A stretch of DNA of 63,621 nt, filler included, from Octopus bimaculoides (GCF_001194135.2; 4 parts of 4 records of this genome joined end to end with filler, not necessarily neighbours in it), one strand, 5' to 3'. Numbered from the whole stretch's first letter, positions 12,490 to 25,000 are shown. Program-made: numbers and translations. Notes: a model not told the origin generated them from the sequence alone.

Positions 12490-13033
12490 ACCTCTCTTTC
12501 TCTTTCCTTCTCTGATTCTTTTAAGGCTACCAAACTGTTTCGCGAAATTGTATGGTTGTAGCTATTTAAATATTTTTATTAACAGCATTCATTATGGTGG
12601 CCACAATTAAATTCCTAGACTGAGAGGAAAATAATTACACACCCACAACCACTCAAACACCCCATACACGCACACACACACACACATATACATACGTACA
12701 CACTCATGCACATACAGAACAAGAGTAATATATAAATAGCTGCCAAAAAAAGATTTTATTTATTTATTTTTCTCGTGTATGTTTGAGTGTGTGTGTCTGT
12801 CAGTCTGTCTGTCCGTGCGTCTGTGTTTAGATGTTTGGTTGTTGTTTTTCACACGAGTAATTATATCGGTGGCAAATATTGCAATTAATGCAAAAATCAA
12901 GTACTTAATAGAATTGCTAAATAAATTTAAAATTATAGATTCAATTACACAAAGAAAAAAATGTTGGCGTTAAAAGGAAGAATAAAAAAAAATCTTTTAA
13001 ATTTGGAAAGACAAAATAAAAATACAATATTAT

Positions 13034-13636
13034 GTTGAAAATATGATTGATTGAGAATGTCCACCCCGATGACTAAAAGTTAAGGGTCTCAAACAACCAA
13101 TACTAATCACACTGGTATTAATTCCATTCCACGTTGAATTTGGTAAAGCTGGTGGCGCCCATCTCTTCATCGAATAATTTTGCCATTTGCTCTAACGAAG
13201 CTCAAATGCTATGAATGAGATGCGTTTAATTTTTTAGACTTCTCCAAGAGAATATGGCCAGGTTGGATGCTATTTTACTCAATAAAGGGTGTGCTGAAAC
13301 CAAAGCTAGACAATACCATGCGAACCAGATTCTTCAATAGCACCATCCTACCTGTGTAAGTGACATGTGGTCTACTACGAAAAGGATAGAACATGAATTG
13401 GTCACGGCGCAAAGGGTCATGGCAAAATCTATGCTAGGAGAGAGCACATTCGAAATGAGGTGATTCAAGAACGATCCGGCAAAATTATTCCATAAAGAGA
13501 TGGGTGCCACCGGATTTACCAAACTTAGTGAGGAACAGAAATGGAATCAATACCCGTGTGATTTGTATTGGTTGTGTTTGAAACCCTTAACTTTTAGTCA
13601 TCGGGGTGGACATTCTCAAGCAATCATATTTTCAAC
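13034..13636. repeat. Long inverted repeat (arms 13034-13184 and 13478-13636) around an RTE fragment
   Basis: Manual alignment: outer ~70 bp differ by 2 substitutions and one 2-nt indel; inner ~80 bp are more diverged but align (tttggtaaa, ggtggc, cccatctctt, gaataattttgcc). Confidence 0.9.
13255..13560 (+). mobile_element. RTE-clade LINE fragment, post-RT region, decayed
   Basis: GWMLFYSIKGVLKPKLDNTMRTRFFNSTILP* / DMWSTTKRIEHELVTAQRVMAKSMLG / REHIRNEVIQERSG resembles the RTE motif LFNSTVLPAMLYGSETW...QRAMERSMLG. Confidence 0.75.
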
Positions 13637-13728
13637 GGAAAGAATTCAGTTTGCATGTGTAATCGTGAGTACATATTTCTCTCGAAGATGCACATCTGAC
13701 ATATATATTTCTACCTATTTATACCCAC

Positions 13729-13790
<62 letters not shown>

Positions 13791-14094
13791 GTCTGTCTGT
13801 GTGTATGTATGTATGTATTTCTATCCATCTATCTAGAATAAGAATATGTAAAGGCGTAAAGTTCATGTCATAATGTAATTGTCCTCTATAGCTGTTTCAA
13901 GGGGGTAAAAACGTAATCATTTATATAATTACATAATGGATAAACTGAAAAAATAACAATAAATTGTAAGAGTCACACATTTCTTCAGGAGAAAAGAAAT
14001 GGAAGTCTTAAACTATCAACATGAAGTGTTACTGTCATCTTGTTGTTTGCTTCTCAACGTTTTTTTTTTTTTTTTTGCTCTATCAGGCTATTTA

Positions 14095-14132
14095 TCTGCC
14101 TGACGAAGAGATCAAAGTCGAAACTTCAAAGA
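14095..14132 (+). ncRNA. Degenerate hammerhead-like motif
   Basis: tctgc CTGACGA a gagatcaaagtc GAAA cttc aaaga. Both core boxes are present; stems I-III are only partly paired. Confidence 0.3.
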
Positions 14133-15732
14133 CACACTATCTTAATTTTTTATTGGAAGTTAAACTGATAATCGCTATCTTTTGTGTAATTGTTTACCTA
14201 AATCTTGAAAATATATGTTTATNNNNNNNNNNNNNNNNNNNNNNNNNNNNNNNNNNNNNNNNNNNNNNNNNNNNNNNNNNNNNNNNNNNNNNNNNNNNNN
14301 NNNNNNNNNNNNNNNNNNNNNNNNNNNNNNNNNNNNNNNNNNNNNNNNNNNNNNNNNNNNNNNNNNNNNNNNNNNNNNNNNNNNNNNNNNNNNNNNNNNN
14401 NNNNNNNNNNNNNNNNNNNNNNNNNNNNNNNNNNNNNNNNNNNNNNNNNNNNNNNNNNNNNNNNNNNNNNNNNNNNNNNNNNNNNNNNNNNNNNNNNNNN
14501 NNNNNNNNNNNNNNNNNNNNNNNNNNNNNNNNNNNNNNNNNNNNNNNNNNNNNNNNNNNNNNNNNNNNNNNNNNNNNNNNNNNNNNNNNNNNNNNNNNNN
14601 NNNNNNNNNNNNNNNNNNNNNNNNNNNNNNNNNNNNNNNNNNNNNNNNNNNNNNNNNNNNNNNNNNNNNNNNNNNNNNNNNNNNNNNNNNNNNNNNNNNN
14701 NNNNNNNNNNNNNNNNNNNNNNNNNNNNNNNNNNNNNNNNNNNNNNNNNNNNNNNNNNNNNNNNNNNNNNNNNNNNNNNNNNNNNNNNNNNNNNNNNNNN
14801 NNNNNNNNNNNNNNNNNNNNNNNNNNNNNNNNNNNNNNNNNNNNNNNNNNNNNNNNNNNNNNNNNNNNNNNNNNNNNNNNNNNNNNNNNNNNNNNNNNNN
14901 NNNNNNNNNNNNNNNNNNNNNNNNNNNNNNNNNNNNNNNNNNNNNNNNNNNNNNNNNNNNNNNNNNNNNNNNNNNNNNNNNNNNNNNNNNNNNNNNNNNN
15001 NNNNNNNNNNNNNNNNNNNNNNNNNNNNNNNNNNNNNNNNNNNNNNNNNNNNNNNNNNNNNNNNNNNNNNNATATATATATATATATACACACATACATA
15101 ATGTGTGTTATATATATTTTTATCTAATTAGGATATAGAAGTTACCTTTGGCGTTACTTGCCTGCCATAAACAAGACATGAAAGTATAGATCCAAAAGAC
15201 GAAATTGTCGGTATCTCTCCTAACCAGACTTTGAAATACTTTATAGAAAATGGTAAAAGAAGCCAACTAAAGATAGTTCCAAGAGATACGCAACAAATAC
15301 ATAAACACACGCAAACACATAAAAACACACACACACAAACAGTCCTGTATATATATATATATATACTTACATATAAATATGTGTCTATACATGATGTGTA
15401 TTCATATTATTTACATGTGAATGTATGTATGTATGCATCTATATACTTTTTATGTATCTATATATATGTGTGTGTGTGTGTGTGTGTATTTATATTGATA
15501 TATATTTGTATGTATGAATATGCATATTTTCACATGTATGCATAAATGTAAAAATTTTTACGTATGGTGGTGCTCCAGCATTACCACGACCGCATGGTGG
15601 AAACGAGTAACAGGGTACACATATATATGAATAAATATAAATATAAACATATTTATCGATAGATAGATAGATAAATAGATAAATAGATAGATAGATAGAT
15701 ATGTAGTTAGTGGTATATGTTTGCGTGGTTCA

Positions 15733-15783
<51 letters not shown>

Positions 15784-16206
15784 TGTGTATGTGCTTGTGT
15801 GGTGTATGTGTATATCTGTCTGTGCGTGTGTGTGTGTGTGTATGTCTGTGAGCGTGTGTGTGAGATGTGTGTGTGTGTCTCTGTGTGTGTGTGTGTGTGT
15901 CTCTGTGTGTGTGTGTGTCTCTGTGTGTGTGTGTGTCTCTGTGTGTGTGTCTCTGTGTGTGTGCGTGTGAACGTTTTCCGTTGAAATATTTATATTTTTC
16001 AGCTATAAGCCTTGTGGTGATTCAAAACATCCACGTTAATTTCGTATTTGAAGACATTTTTAACTTTCATATAATTCAACGATTTTTATTAGTCTTGAAC
16101 ATCATACCGTTGCCTCTACAAATGATCGTGAGCACATGCGCATGCGTGTGAGTATGTGTATGCACAAACGTGAGTGTCTCAGTGAGTGTACATGTATGTT
16201 GCGTGT

Positions 16207-16464
16207 GTGGTGGCGCAATGGCCCAGTGGTTAGGGTAACGGTCTCGTGGTTAAAGGATCGCGGTTTCGATTCCCAGACCAGACGTTGTGAGTGTTTATTG
16301 AGCGAAAACACCTAAAGCTCCACGAGGCTCCGGCAGGTGGGGGGGGGGTGTACTCTTTCACCACAACTTTCTCTCACTCTTTCTTCCTGTTTCTGTTGTA
16401 CTTGTATATCAAAGGGCCAGCCTTGTCACACTGTGTCACGCTGAATATCCCCCGAGAACTACGT
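16207..16464 (+). mobile_element. tRNA-headed SINE family D, runs into a gap
   Basis: A-box tggcccagtgg and B-box ggtttcgattcc, then a body shared with 4618-4750. Confidence 0.75.
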
Positions 16465-16862
16465 NNNNNNNNNNNNNNNNNNNNNNNNNNNNNNNNNNNN
16501 NNNNNNNNNNNNNNNNNNNNNNNNNNNNNNNNNNNNNNNNNNNNNNNNNNNNNNNNNNNNNNNNNNNNNNNNNNNNNNNNNNNNNNNNNNNNNNNNNNNN
16601 NNNNNNNNNNNNNNNNNNNNNNNNNNNNNNNNNNNNNNNNNNNNNNNNNTATTCGTGACGTCTTAGTTTCGATTCGGTTACTCGGTAATTTGACGATACT
16701 TCGACCACAGGCAAACATTTTGAATGATAACTGAGCCCCCTAGTATTTAATAACCACCCAACACAAGCAACACTGCTACCATACATGCCTCTGTGTCCAA
16801 TTCACTCTTTTATTCCAAATTCTCTCAGCACAGAACACAGCGCAACTCATGACAAAATTGGT

Positions 16863-16934
16863 CCGTCACACGATTCCGGTTTTTATACTTGCCCAAGACC
16901 GTCACACGTTTCCCGTTTTTATACTTTCCCAATA
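16863..16934 (+). repeat. 36-bp tandem duplication
   Basis: ccgtcacacgattccggtttttatacttgcccaaga then ccgtcacacgtttcccgtttttatactttcccaata. Confidence 0.85.
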
Positions 16935-18092
16935 CCGGAACGATCACAGTTTCCCTCTACTATTTTGATTCATTAGACTCTGACTATCGAAGGGAATGAG
17001 GCAGATACATATACAACGACGTTCTCCCACAAACCTCGACTCAGAAGTTATTGGCCAACATGTAACTTTCCCCTCAACCCTCCGCGCCAACGCTCACCAC
17101 GTAGGGATTGAACCTGAAAACGTTTGTTAATCAACTCATTCTTCCTAACTGTATATCTCTATTTTGTTTACTTCCCGAAGCTTAATTCTATATTTAATTT
17201 TCTTATTCCTTTTTCCCTTTGTTTTCTTTATTTTTTGTGATTTGTTGATCTTTGTTTATCTGCAGATTTTACAAATGTTTCGCTGTTCTGTTGACGCAAA
17301 ACAGTTTAATTTACAGAATTATTATAAAGTTGTTGCTTTCTTCGTTTTCTTTTTCTCCAAATTCCATTTTTGTTTGACTGGATTAGATTTTAACTAAAAT
17401 CTCAATTTTCGTCTTTCTTATTTTCATTGTTATTTTGTTCGTTTTCTAGAAATCTTGTATACAAATTAAATTTGCTAGTTGAATTTTATCATATATTTAC
17501 ATACACATATAAGCATACATATATACGTGTGGCTGTGTGTGTGTATGTATGTATGTTAGTATGAAAACACATGCATACACAAATTCATTCGCATAGGTAC
17601 ATACATTCAGTCGAATATATGCTTGATGTGCATATGTACATATATGTATATATATNNNNNNNNNNNNNNNNNNNNNNNNNNNNNNNNNNNNNNNNNNNNN
17701 NNNNNNNNNNNNNNNNNNNNNNNNNNNNNNNNNNNNNNNNNNNNNNNNNNNNNNNNNNNNNNNNNNNNNNNNNNNNNNNNNNNNNNNNNNNNNNNNNNNN
17801 NNNNNNNNNNNNNNNNNNNNNNNNNNNNNNNNNNNNNNNNNNNNNNNNNNNNNNNNNNNNNNNNNNNNNNNNNNNNNNNNNNNNNNNNNNNNNNNNNNNN
17901 NNNNNNNNNNNNNNNNNNNNNNNNNNNNNNNNNNNNNNNNNNNNNNNNNNNNNNNNNNNNNNNNNNNNNNNNNNNNNNNNNNNNNNNNNNNNNNNNNNNN
18001 NNNNNNNNNNNNNNNNNNNNNNNNNNNNNNNNNNNNNNNNNNNNNNNNNNNNNNNNNNNNNNNNNNNNNNNNNNNNNNNNNNNNNNNNNNNN

Positions 18093-18144
<52 letters not shown>

Positions 18145-19269
18145 CAAATACCTTAATACATAGATTCATGCCAATATGTACATTCACAAATGCTCATACA
18201 TACATGCATTCTTACGTAAATACTGTTAATTTTTATTCGAAGATGCCTGAAGTGTAAACGTTTTGCGGTGTTTAGCAACAATACAATAATAAATACACTA
18301 CACAGTGCACTACATCCAAAAATTACTGCTTCAGAATGCATCAAATTTTAGTTATTTTAATTAATGATGTAACTGTGAGGAGGTAGTATTTATATATATC
18401 CGTAACATGTTTATCTATTTTATGACGGAAATCTCCTGGGAAAGATGACAGTGCAAATGTGTCTAGTATAAAAACAGGATAATTGGACTGAAAATTCAAT
18501 GAAATCTCACCTGTTCGTATGAAACAGGTGATGATATTCTAATAAATCATGTTTAACACAACCAAAACGTGTTAGGATTCTGTAAAGACATCGTTGTTTC
18601 CATTCTGATTGATTTATGTGCTGATGATAATTCAATATCGACTTAGCAGACATTGGTACACATCAGCAAACACTTCGTTCGCTGAATTCTATAAACGAAA
18701 ACGGCCGTTCAGGGATTCGAAGTCTGAGTGTAGATTTAGCTGAAGAGCGATAATCTTGCTAAAACGCCGATGTCTTCAATTTACCCCGACGTCGGGTCAC
18801 TGAATCGTGTGAGCTGTTAACACATATCCTCTAAAGGGAGACGCTATCCTCCGAAGGGGGAATACAATGTTCGTTTGCATATTTATGTTGAATTCTATTG
18901 GAACGTTTTATCCCATTAACTGCCAAATGTTTTTATTCATATTCTTTGGCTTTGCTAAGTGTCTTAGGAGTTAAAATAATATATAGTATTTAAATTTTCT
19001 TCATATCTGAATTATTTTAGAAATTATGGTAAATTTTTCAAAAAATCCCAAATGGGGATCGCTGAAAAAAAGAGCATATTTATCCGTTTCTATTCAATTG
19101 CAATAATAAATATTTTAGTTTTTTTTTTTAACTATAGTATCAAATGCGAATGAATATGAAATATCAATGAATGGTTTGGATGGGAAATGACAAAAAAGAA
19201 AAGACCATTTTCGAAACTGTCAATATTTTTGTAGTTTAAAAATTGCGATTTATGACATAAAACCACTAA

Positions 19270-19450
19270 CCATCGCTAGACAACAAATGCTGGTGTGCTT
19301 ACGTCCCCGTAACTTAGCGGTTGCGCAAAGGGGTTCGCTAGAATAAGTACTTGGCTTACAAACAATAAATACTGAGGTGGATTTGTTCAACAAAGGCGGT
19401 GCTCCAGCATGGCCACAGTCAAAGGACTCAAACAAGTAAAAGAATACAAG
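19270..19450 (+). mobile_element. SINE family B, 3' body
   Basis: cttacgtccccgtaacttagcggtt...ggcggtgctccagcatggccacagtcaaa..aaacaagtaaaaga. Confidence 0.85.
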
Positions 19451-19557
19451 AATAGGAGAATAAGTGTATAATAGAGAATATACACAGACACAAACACACA
19501 GATACAGGCATGCACACAAACAGACACACACACACATATATATATATACGTTGATTA

Positions 19558-19636
<79 letters not shown>

Positions 19637-19971
19637 TAGATAGATAGATATATATAGATATGTATATAAACATATATATATACATACATATACGTACATA
19701 TGTATATATATATTATACACACACAAACACACATATACATATATATGTATATATGTGTGTGTGTGTATATATATAATATATATATGCACACGCACACACA
19801 CACACACTTTCACAGACGCGCGCGCACACACACACACACACTTTCACAGACGCGCACACACATATGCCAATCTATATTGAATGTCCTTGTTTATTCTTTA
19901 GTACTGAGGATATAAAACTAGTTAATACAACATTCCTTTGGAAGTGTGTAACTAAATATAAATATACATAG

Positions 19972-20016
<45 letters not shown>

Positions 20017-20371
20017 TAGACACACGCACACACACTCACGCACACACACACCCACATATATATACATATATATTCATATATATATATATATATATATATA
20101 CGTAAGATCAAAGAATATGTCAGACACGCTGGACTGAAATTTAGTACTCAGATGTTTTAACAAGTTTAGAACACAGAATTTACTTTGTTTTTCATATCTC
20201 TACTATAAAATAAAGTTATTTCGACTTATGATCATATATTCATAAAATATATTCACAAACCAATTGAAAAGGAGATTCATTTCCCGTATCTCATGGAATG
20301 TTTAGAAATTCATTGAAGACGTATATTTTTTTTTTACATGGATACGTTTAATAGCAAGTGCATTACATATA

Positions 20372-20456
<85 letters not shown>

Positions 20457-20963
20457 GTGTGTATACATATGATGCATTATAAAGATGCATGGAGGAATAT
20501 GCATCTTCAAAATTTATTTATTAAAGTGTTATGTTCATCTAATTCCACTCCGACACATGTTTCTGTTATATAAGTGTTCTAGTGTTCTTTGATGCAGCAG
20601 TGATGTGCATTTATCTGATTTAAATTCAAGCAGTTGTAGTACATATTCATTTAAATAGTTGACATTCTATTACAGCTTTCTTCAAGGTGATACAATATCT
20701 AAGGTCATCACATTTATCAAGTAACTATACTGATCTGTACCCTGGTATTTTATCTTCCCTCACCTAGAATATATTTTAAGATTGCTTCTATAATACTTGA
20801 AGCTTTAAGTTCACATCACCCACTTACACAAATCCATGAAGAACGATGAAATGCCGTTAAGTACTTCGCCAGATGTGCTTACGATTCTGTCAGCTTACCG
20901 CTTTCATATTTTAATCTATGGCTGTGTTGGGAAGCTTGCTTGCAAATCACATGGTTCTAAGTT

Positions 20964-20994
<31 letters not shown>

Positions 20995-20995
<1 letters not shown>

Positions 20996-21040
20996 GACGG
21001 GCTTCTTTCAGTTTCCATCTACCAAATCCACTCACAAGGC
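20995..21040 (-). mobile_element. SINE family B, internal fragment
   Basis: tgacgggcttctttcagtttcc..aaatccactcacaaggctt closely matches 52208-52257. Confidence 0.75.
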
Positions 21041-21044
21041 TTGT

Positions 21045-21616
21045 TTTGCATCTGTGGCTCCGTTGGTGGCTAATGTGCCCTGCTCTTGACAAGTATACAC
21101 GACTGCAAACATTGCAAACCAAGCTTTCCCAATTCACTATGCTAGCAGTGGGCTTTCGAGCAGCACGCTTAAATTCTTCACGCAGAATACGTGCTCTCTC
21201 AAAGGTTCAACCCCCCACTCCCGTTAGCCTGCTTTCTCCATCCGTGGAGATGACTGATATTGCTCCCCCAGTCCGTCTCCTGCGTATCACAGGCCTTTAA
21301 TGAGGACTTGACATAGTCTTTAAATCGCAACCTTGGATTCTGCCGGGGTTTTTTCCACTGACAAGTTCCCCATCGCTCCTTCACTCATGTGACACGTTGG
21401 CCCTTTACAAACGTTATTCAAATCTCTTTGAACGGTTTCGTCAGATATGTCTGAGACACATTCTGAATGTTGGCTGGACCTTAAAATCTCCAGACACATG
21501 TCCTGAGCAAAGCTGATATCTTGAATATTGAAGCGATGGTACACAGGCACCGGTTACGTTCGACTGGACACATTATTAGAAAGAAGGATAGTAGGGTCCT
21601 TAAACAGATGATATAC
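21045..21616 (-). mobile_element. RTE-clade LINE 3' fragment with an inverted 5' segment
   Basis: Plus strand 21370-21616: PSLLHSCDTLALYKR..FERFRQICLRHILNVGW / NIEAMVHRHRLRSTGHIIRKKDSRVLKQMIY. Minus strand from 21372: GELVSGK/KPRQNPRLRFKDYVKSSLKAC...CNVCSRVYLSRAGHISHQRSH (C2H2-like tail). Confidence 0.85.
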
Positions 21617-21753
21617 ATACATACATACATACATACATACATACATACATGCACACACACACTCACACACAAACACACAAAGAGAGATATTTCAGTTCAC
21701 ACGTATATAAACATATACATAGAGGGAGAAAGAGAGAAACAGAGATAGAAAGA

Positions 21754-21831
21754 GAGAAAGAGTTACATAGATACAGAAAGTGTGTGCATGAGAGAGAGAG
21801 AAAGAGTTACATAGATTCAGAAAGTGTGTGC

Positions 21832-21841
<10 letters not shown>
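21754..21841 (+). repeat. 44-bp tandem duplication at the edge of a (GA)n tract
   Basis: agttacatagatacagaaagtgtgtgcatg at 21761 and agttacatagattcagaaagtgtgtgcatg at 21805. Confidence 0.85.
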
Positions 21842-21915
<74 letters not shown>

Positions 21916-22230
21916 TAGAGGAGAAAACGGAAGAAGAGAGATTTCGTTCTTGTTTACCGTGTTTACAGTCTGCACTTAAAACATGTCTATCCAAAAACGT
22001 CATCAAGCTAACAGCTTTCATTTCAAAGATGGCGGCTGTTAGCTGATTCACTGACATCGCGTAGGACTTGTAAAGTAATTCTTGTCTGCTCCCCGTTTGA
22101 ATAATTGAAAACAAAACTTTTTAGAAACATGAATGTATATTTGTAAATTTGTTGATTGTTTTATGGAAAAATAATCTTGATTTACACATTCGTCAACATG
22201 TGTGAACGTGTGTGCATCTATAAATATATG

Positions 22231-22274
<44 letters not shown>

Positions 22275-22284
22275 NNNNNNNNNN

Positions 22285-22329
<45 letters not shown>

Positions 22330-22603
22330 TGCACACATGCACGCACGCCTGTCAAGATTGATAGATAGATAGATAGTTACGTATATATATATAAGTATAC
22401 ATATACAGGTACGTGTATAAATATATATATATATATATATATTTATTTATTTATACATACATACATATATATATGTGTGTATGTTTGTATGTACGTATAT
22501 ATGTACTTATGTGCATACAGCTTCATATATGTATTTGTAAATATATTGATAGACTGATATATTTACGTAATAGGCAAAATATATATCAATATATATGTAT
22601 TTA

Positions 22604-22666
<63 letters not shown>

Positions 22667-23114
22667 GCATACGTAATTTTCTAGCAAGATGTACAATTTA
22701 CGTCAGGATGTCTGTAAGATATGTGTGTGTGTGTGTATGTATATATATATAATTATACTAAAGTGAATATGCAAATGTGAAGAAGGGAGTGTCTATTTCT
22801 GCGCATGTCGACGTCTGTATTTTCGTTTTAGTTAACACAGTTTCTTGTTTAAACAGTTTAACAAGCGGTTTTACACATACAGAAATCGATAAACTCTGTA
22901 GCGGGCTTCAAAAACATGTGTACTGAGTACTGAGATCCAGTTGTTTGGAACCCTGAATCGGGTCCCGGCGTAGCTTCAGGTCATTGATGAGAACATTATT
23001 TATAACAAGTATGATGTGTGAGTGTACCAATACGTGGCTTTGCAAATATATATATTTGCGTGTGTATGTTTGTGTGTGTGTTTGTGTGCATGTGTATGAG
23101 CATGTGTGCGTGAG

Positions 23115-23163
<49 letters not shown>

Positions 23164-23263
23164 NNNNNNNNNNNNNNNNNNNNNNNNNNNNNNNNNNNNN
23201 NNNNNNNTTAATTAATTAANNNNNNNNNNNNNNNNNNNNNNNNNNNNNNNNNNNNNNNNNNNN
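23164..23263. other. Artificial scaffold join N44-TTAATTAATTAA-N44 (also 51227-51326 and 61688-61787)
   Basis: The same 100-nt construct occurs three times; the 12-mer is palindromic with stops in all six frames. Confidence 0.95.
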
Positions 23264-23369
23264 AAGGGTGAGAGAGTAAGAGAGTAAGAGTGTAGAGAGT
23301 AGGAGAGTAAGAGTGTAGAGAGTAAGAGTGAGAGAGGGGGGAGTACGAGAGATACACATATATGTATAC

Positions 23370-23403
<34 letters not shown>

Positions 23404-23469
23404 GTATGTATATAAGTCAGTAAATGGTGGGGTTGTGTTAACCGCACGTGCAGAAATAATAGGAAAATA

Positions 23470-24577
23470 AAAAATAAAAAATAAAAATAATAATAAGGCA
23501 GAATGCTAAACTGAAAGCATATTTTAATATAGATGTGTATAAGGAGGATTAAAAAGGATTTCTAACCGGCTTTCATTGCATGGCAACTTTTCAAGAAGAG
23601 GGAAAATGAAAATGTCTTTTTAAAAAATAATAAAAAGAATATATTAAAAAATGAATATACCAATACATTTTATTATCTTTGAGCTTTTAAAGTTCAATGG
23701 TAATCCATGTAGATAATTGTTAGAAAGATTAGGATGCATGTATTTAAGATTAGTGTTGTGTTAAAAAAGGCTGAATGTTTATATGTCAAACAGGAAGTGG
23801 TGTCAAACAGGAAGTGTGGTTTCAAACAGGAAGTGTGGTGTCAAACAGGAAGTGTGGATAAGGGGAGACAATTCTGTGGGTTTTATACTCTTTAGTTGGA
23901 GTTCTGGACTCTTTGTCAACAGGAAGTTTATGTCTGATCTTAGAAAAACAAGAAGTAAATTTATATGTATTTCATTGGGTAGATTTGTGTTGCCTTTTGC
24001 ATTTAAGGACTTAGTGTGTATTGAAGATATTATTCATTTTCGGGTCTGTGGTGCATGCTTCGATGTTTTTGGCGTTGTGGGTGGAAATGTATGGAAGTAT
24101 TTTGGGGTTGGGTGTGTTACTGTGTTGGGTGGTTTTCACTGTGTTTTTGTCAAGTTCCTTGGCATGTTTTATTCCAAAGTCTATGAGTGTGGGGGGATAT
24201 TGGCGTTGTTATAGTGTTTTTTGAGGTCTTGTAAGCGTATTTCTCGAGTCGTTGGGTCAGAGACAATGGTGCAAAATCTTTTAGCTAAATTGAAGGGGAT
24301 ATTTATCTTAGTGTGTTTTAGGTGGCATGAGCTGAATAGGAGGTATTGTTGTGAGTCTGTAGGTTTGTGGTAGATGTCGGTTGTGATTTGGTTATTGGGT
24401 GTTTTTATAATTAAGAGATCAAGAAAAGGGTGATGATGTTTGCTGAATTCCATAGTGAATTGAATGCTGGGATGTATGTTGTTAAGTATGGTTTTGAATT
24501 CCAGAAGTTTTTCATAGGATTTATTCCATATGATGAAACAATCATCCAAGTATCTTTTCCAGTTTTCCATTAAGTAG

Positions 24578-24578
<1 letters not shown>
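23470..24578 (-). mobile_element. Penelope-like retroelement, 5'-truncated: RT C-terminus, linker and 3' region
   Basis: WKRYLDDCFIIW...NNIHPSIQFTME...PFLDLLI...TDIYHKPTDSQQYLLFSSCH...NIPFNLAKR is the typical PLE RT YxDD plus thumb; it continues frameshifted (KILPYISTHN...LKCKRQ). Hammerhead-like motif at 23560-23600. Confidence 0.9.
23785..23858 (+). repeat. 17-19-bp minisatellite x4 (gtcaaacaggaagtgtggt)
   Basis: Units start at 23785, 23802, 23821 and 23840; each contains ACAGGAAGTG. Confidence 0.95.
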
Positions 24579-24660
<82 letters not shown>

Positions 24661-24710
24661 CATCATTATCATTATCATCATCATCATCATCATCATCNNN
24701 NNNNNNNTCA

Positions 24711-24782
<72 letters not shown>

Positions 24783-24783
<1 letters not shown>

Positions 24784-25000
24784 GGCGGCGAGCTGGCAGA
24801 ATCGTTAGCACGTCGGACGAAATGCTTAGCGGTATTTCTCCCGTCTCTACGTTCCGAGTTCAAATTCTGCCGAGGTTGACTTTGCCTTTCATTTTTTCGG
24901 GGGTCGATAAATTAAGTACCAGTTACGTACCGGATTCGTTGTAATCAACTAGTACCCCCGCCCCAAGTTTCAGACCTTGTGCCTTTAGTAGAAAGGATTA
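24783..25000 (+). mobile_element. SINE family A, well-preserved full-length copy flanked by (TTA)n on both sides
   Basis: ggcggcgagctggcagaatcgttagcac...gagttcaaattctgccgaggttgactttgcctttc...cttgtgcctttagtagaaagg-(ATT)n. Confidence 0.9.

Noticed and set aside
14087-14221. Exon after a long polypyrimidine tract (AIYLPDEEIKVETSK...)
   Set aside because: No donor before the gap; the sequence is better explained as a repeat carrying a decayed hammerhead-like motif.
16207-16280. tRNA gene
   Set aside because: SINE family D head; no complete cloverleaf.
18745-18775. Hammerhead-like ctgaagagc...gctaaaacgcc
   Set aside because: GAAA and the NUH triplet are absent.
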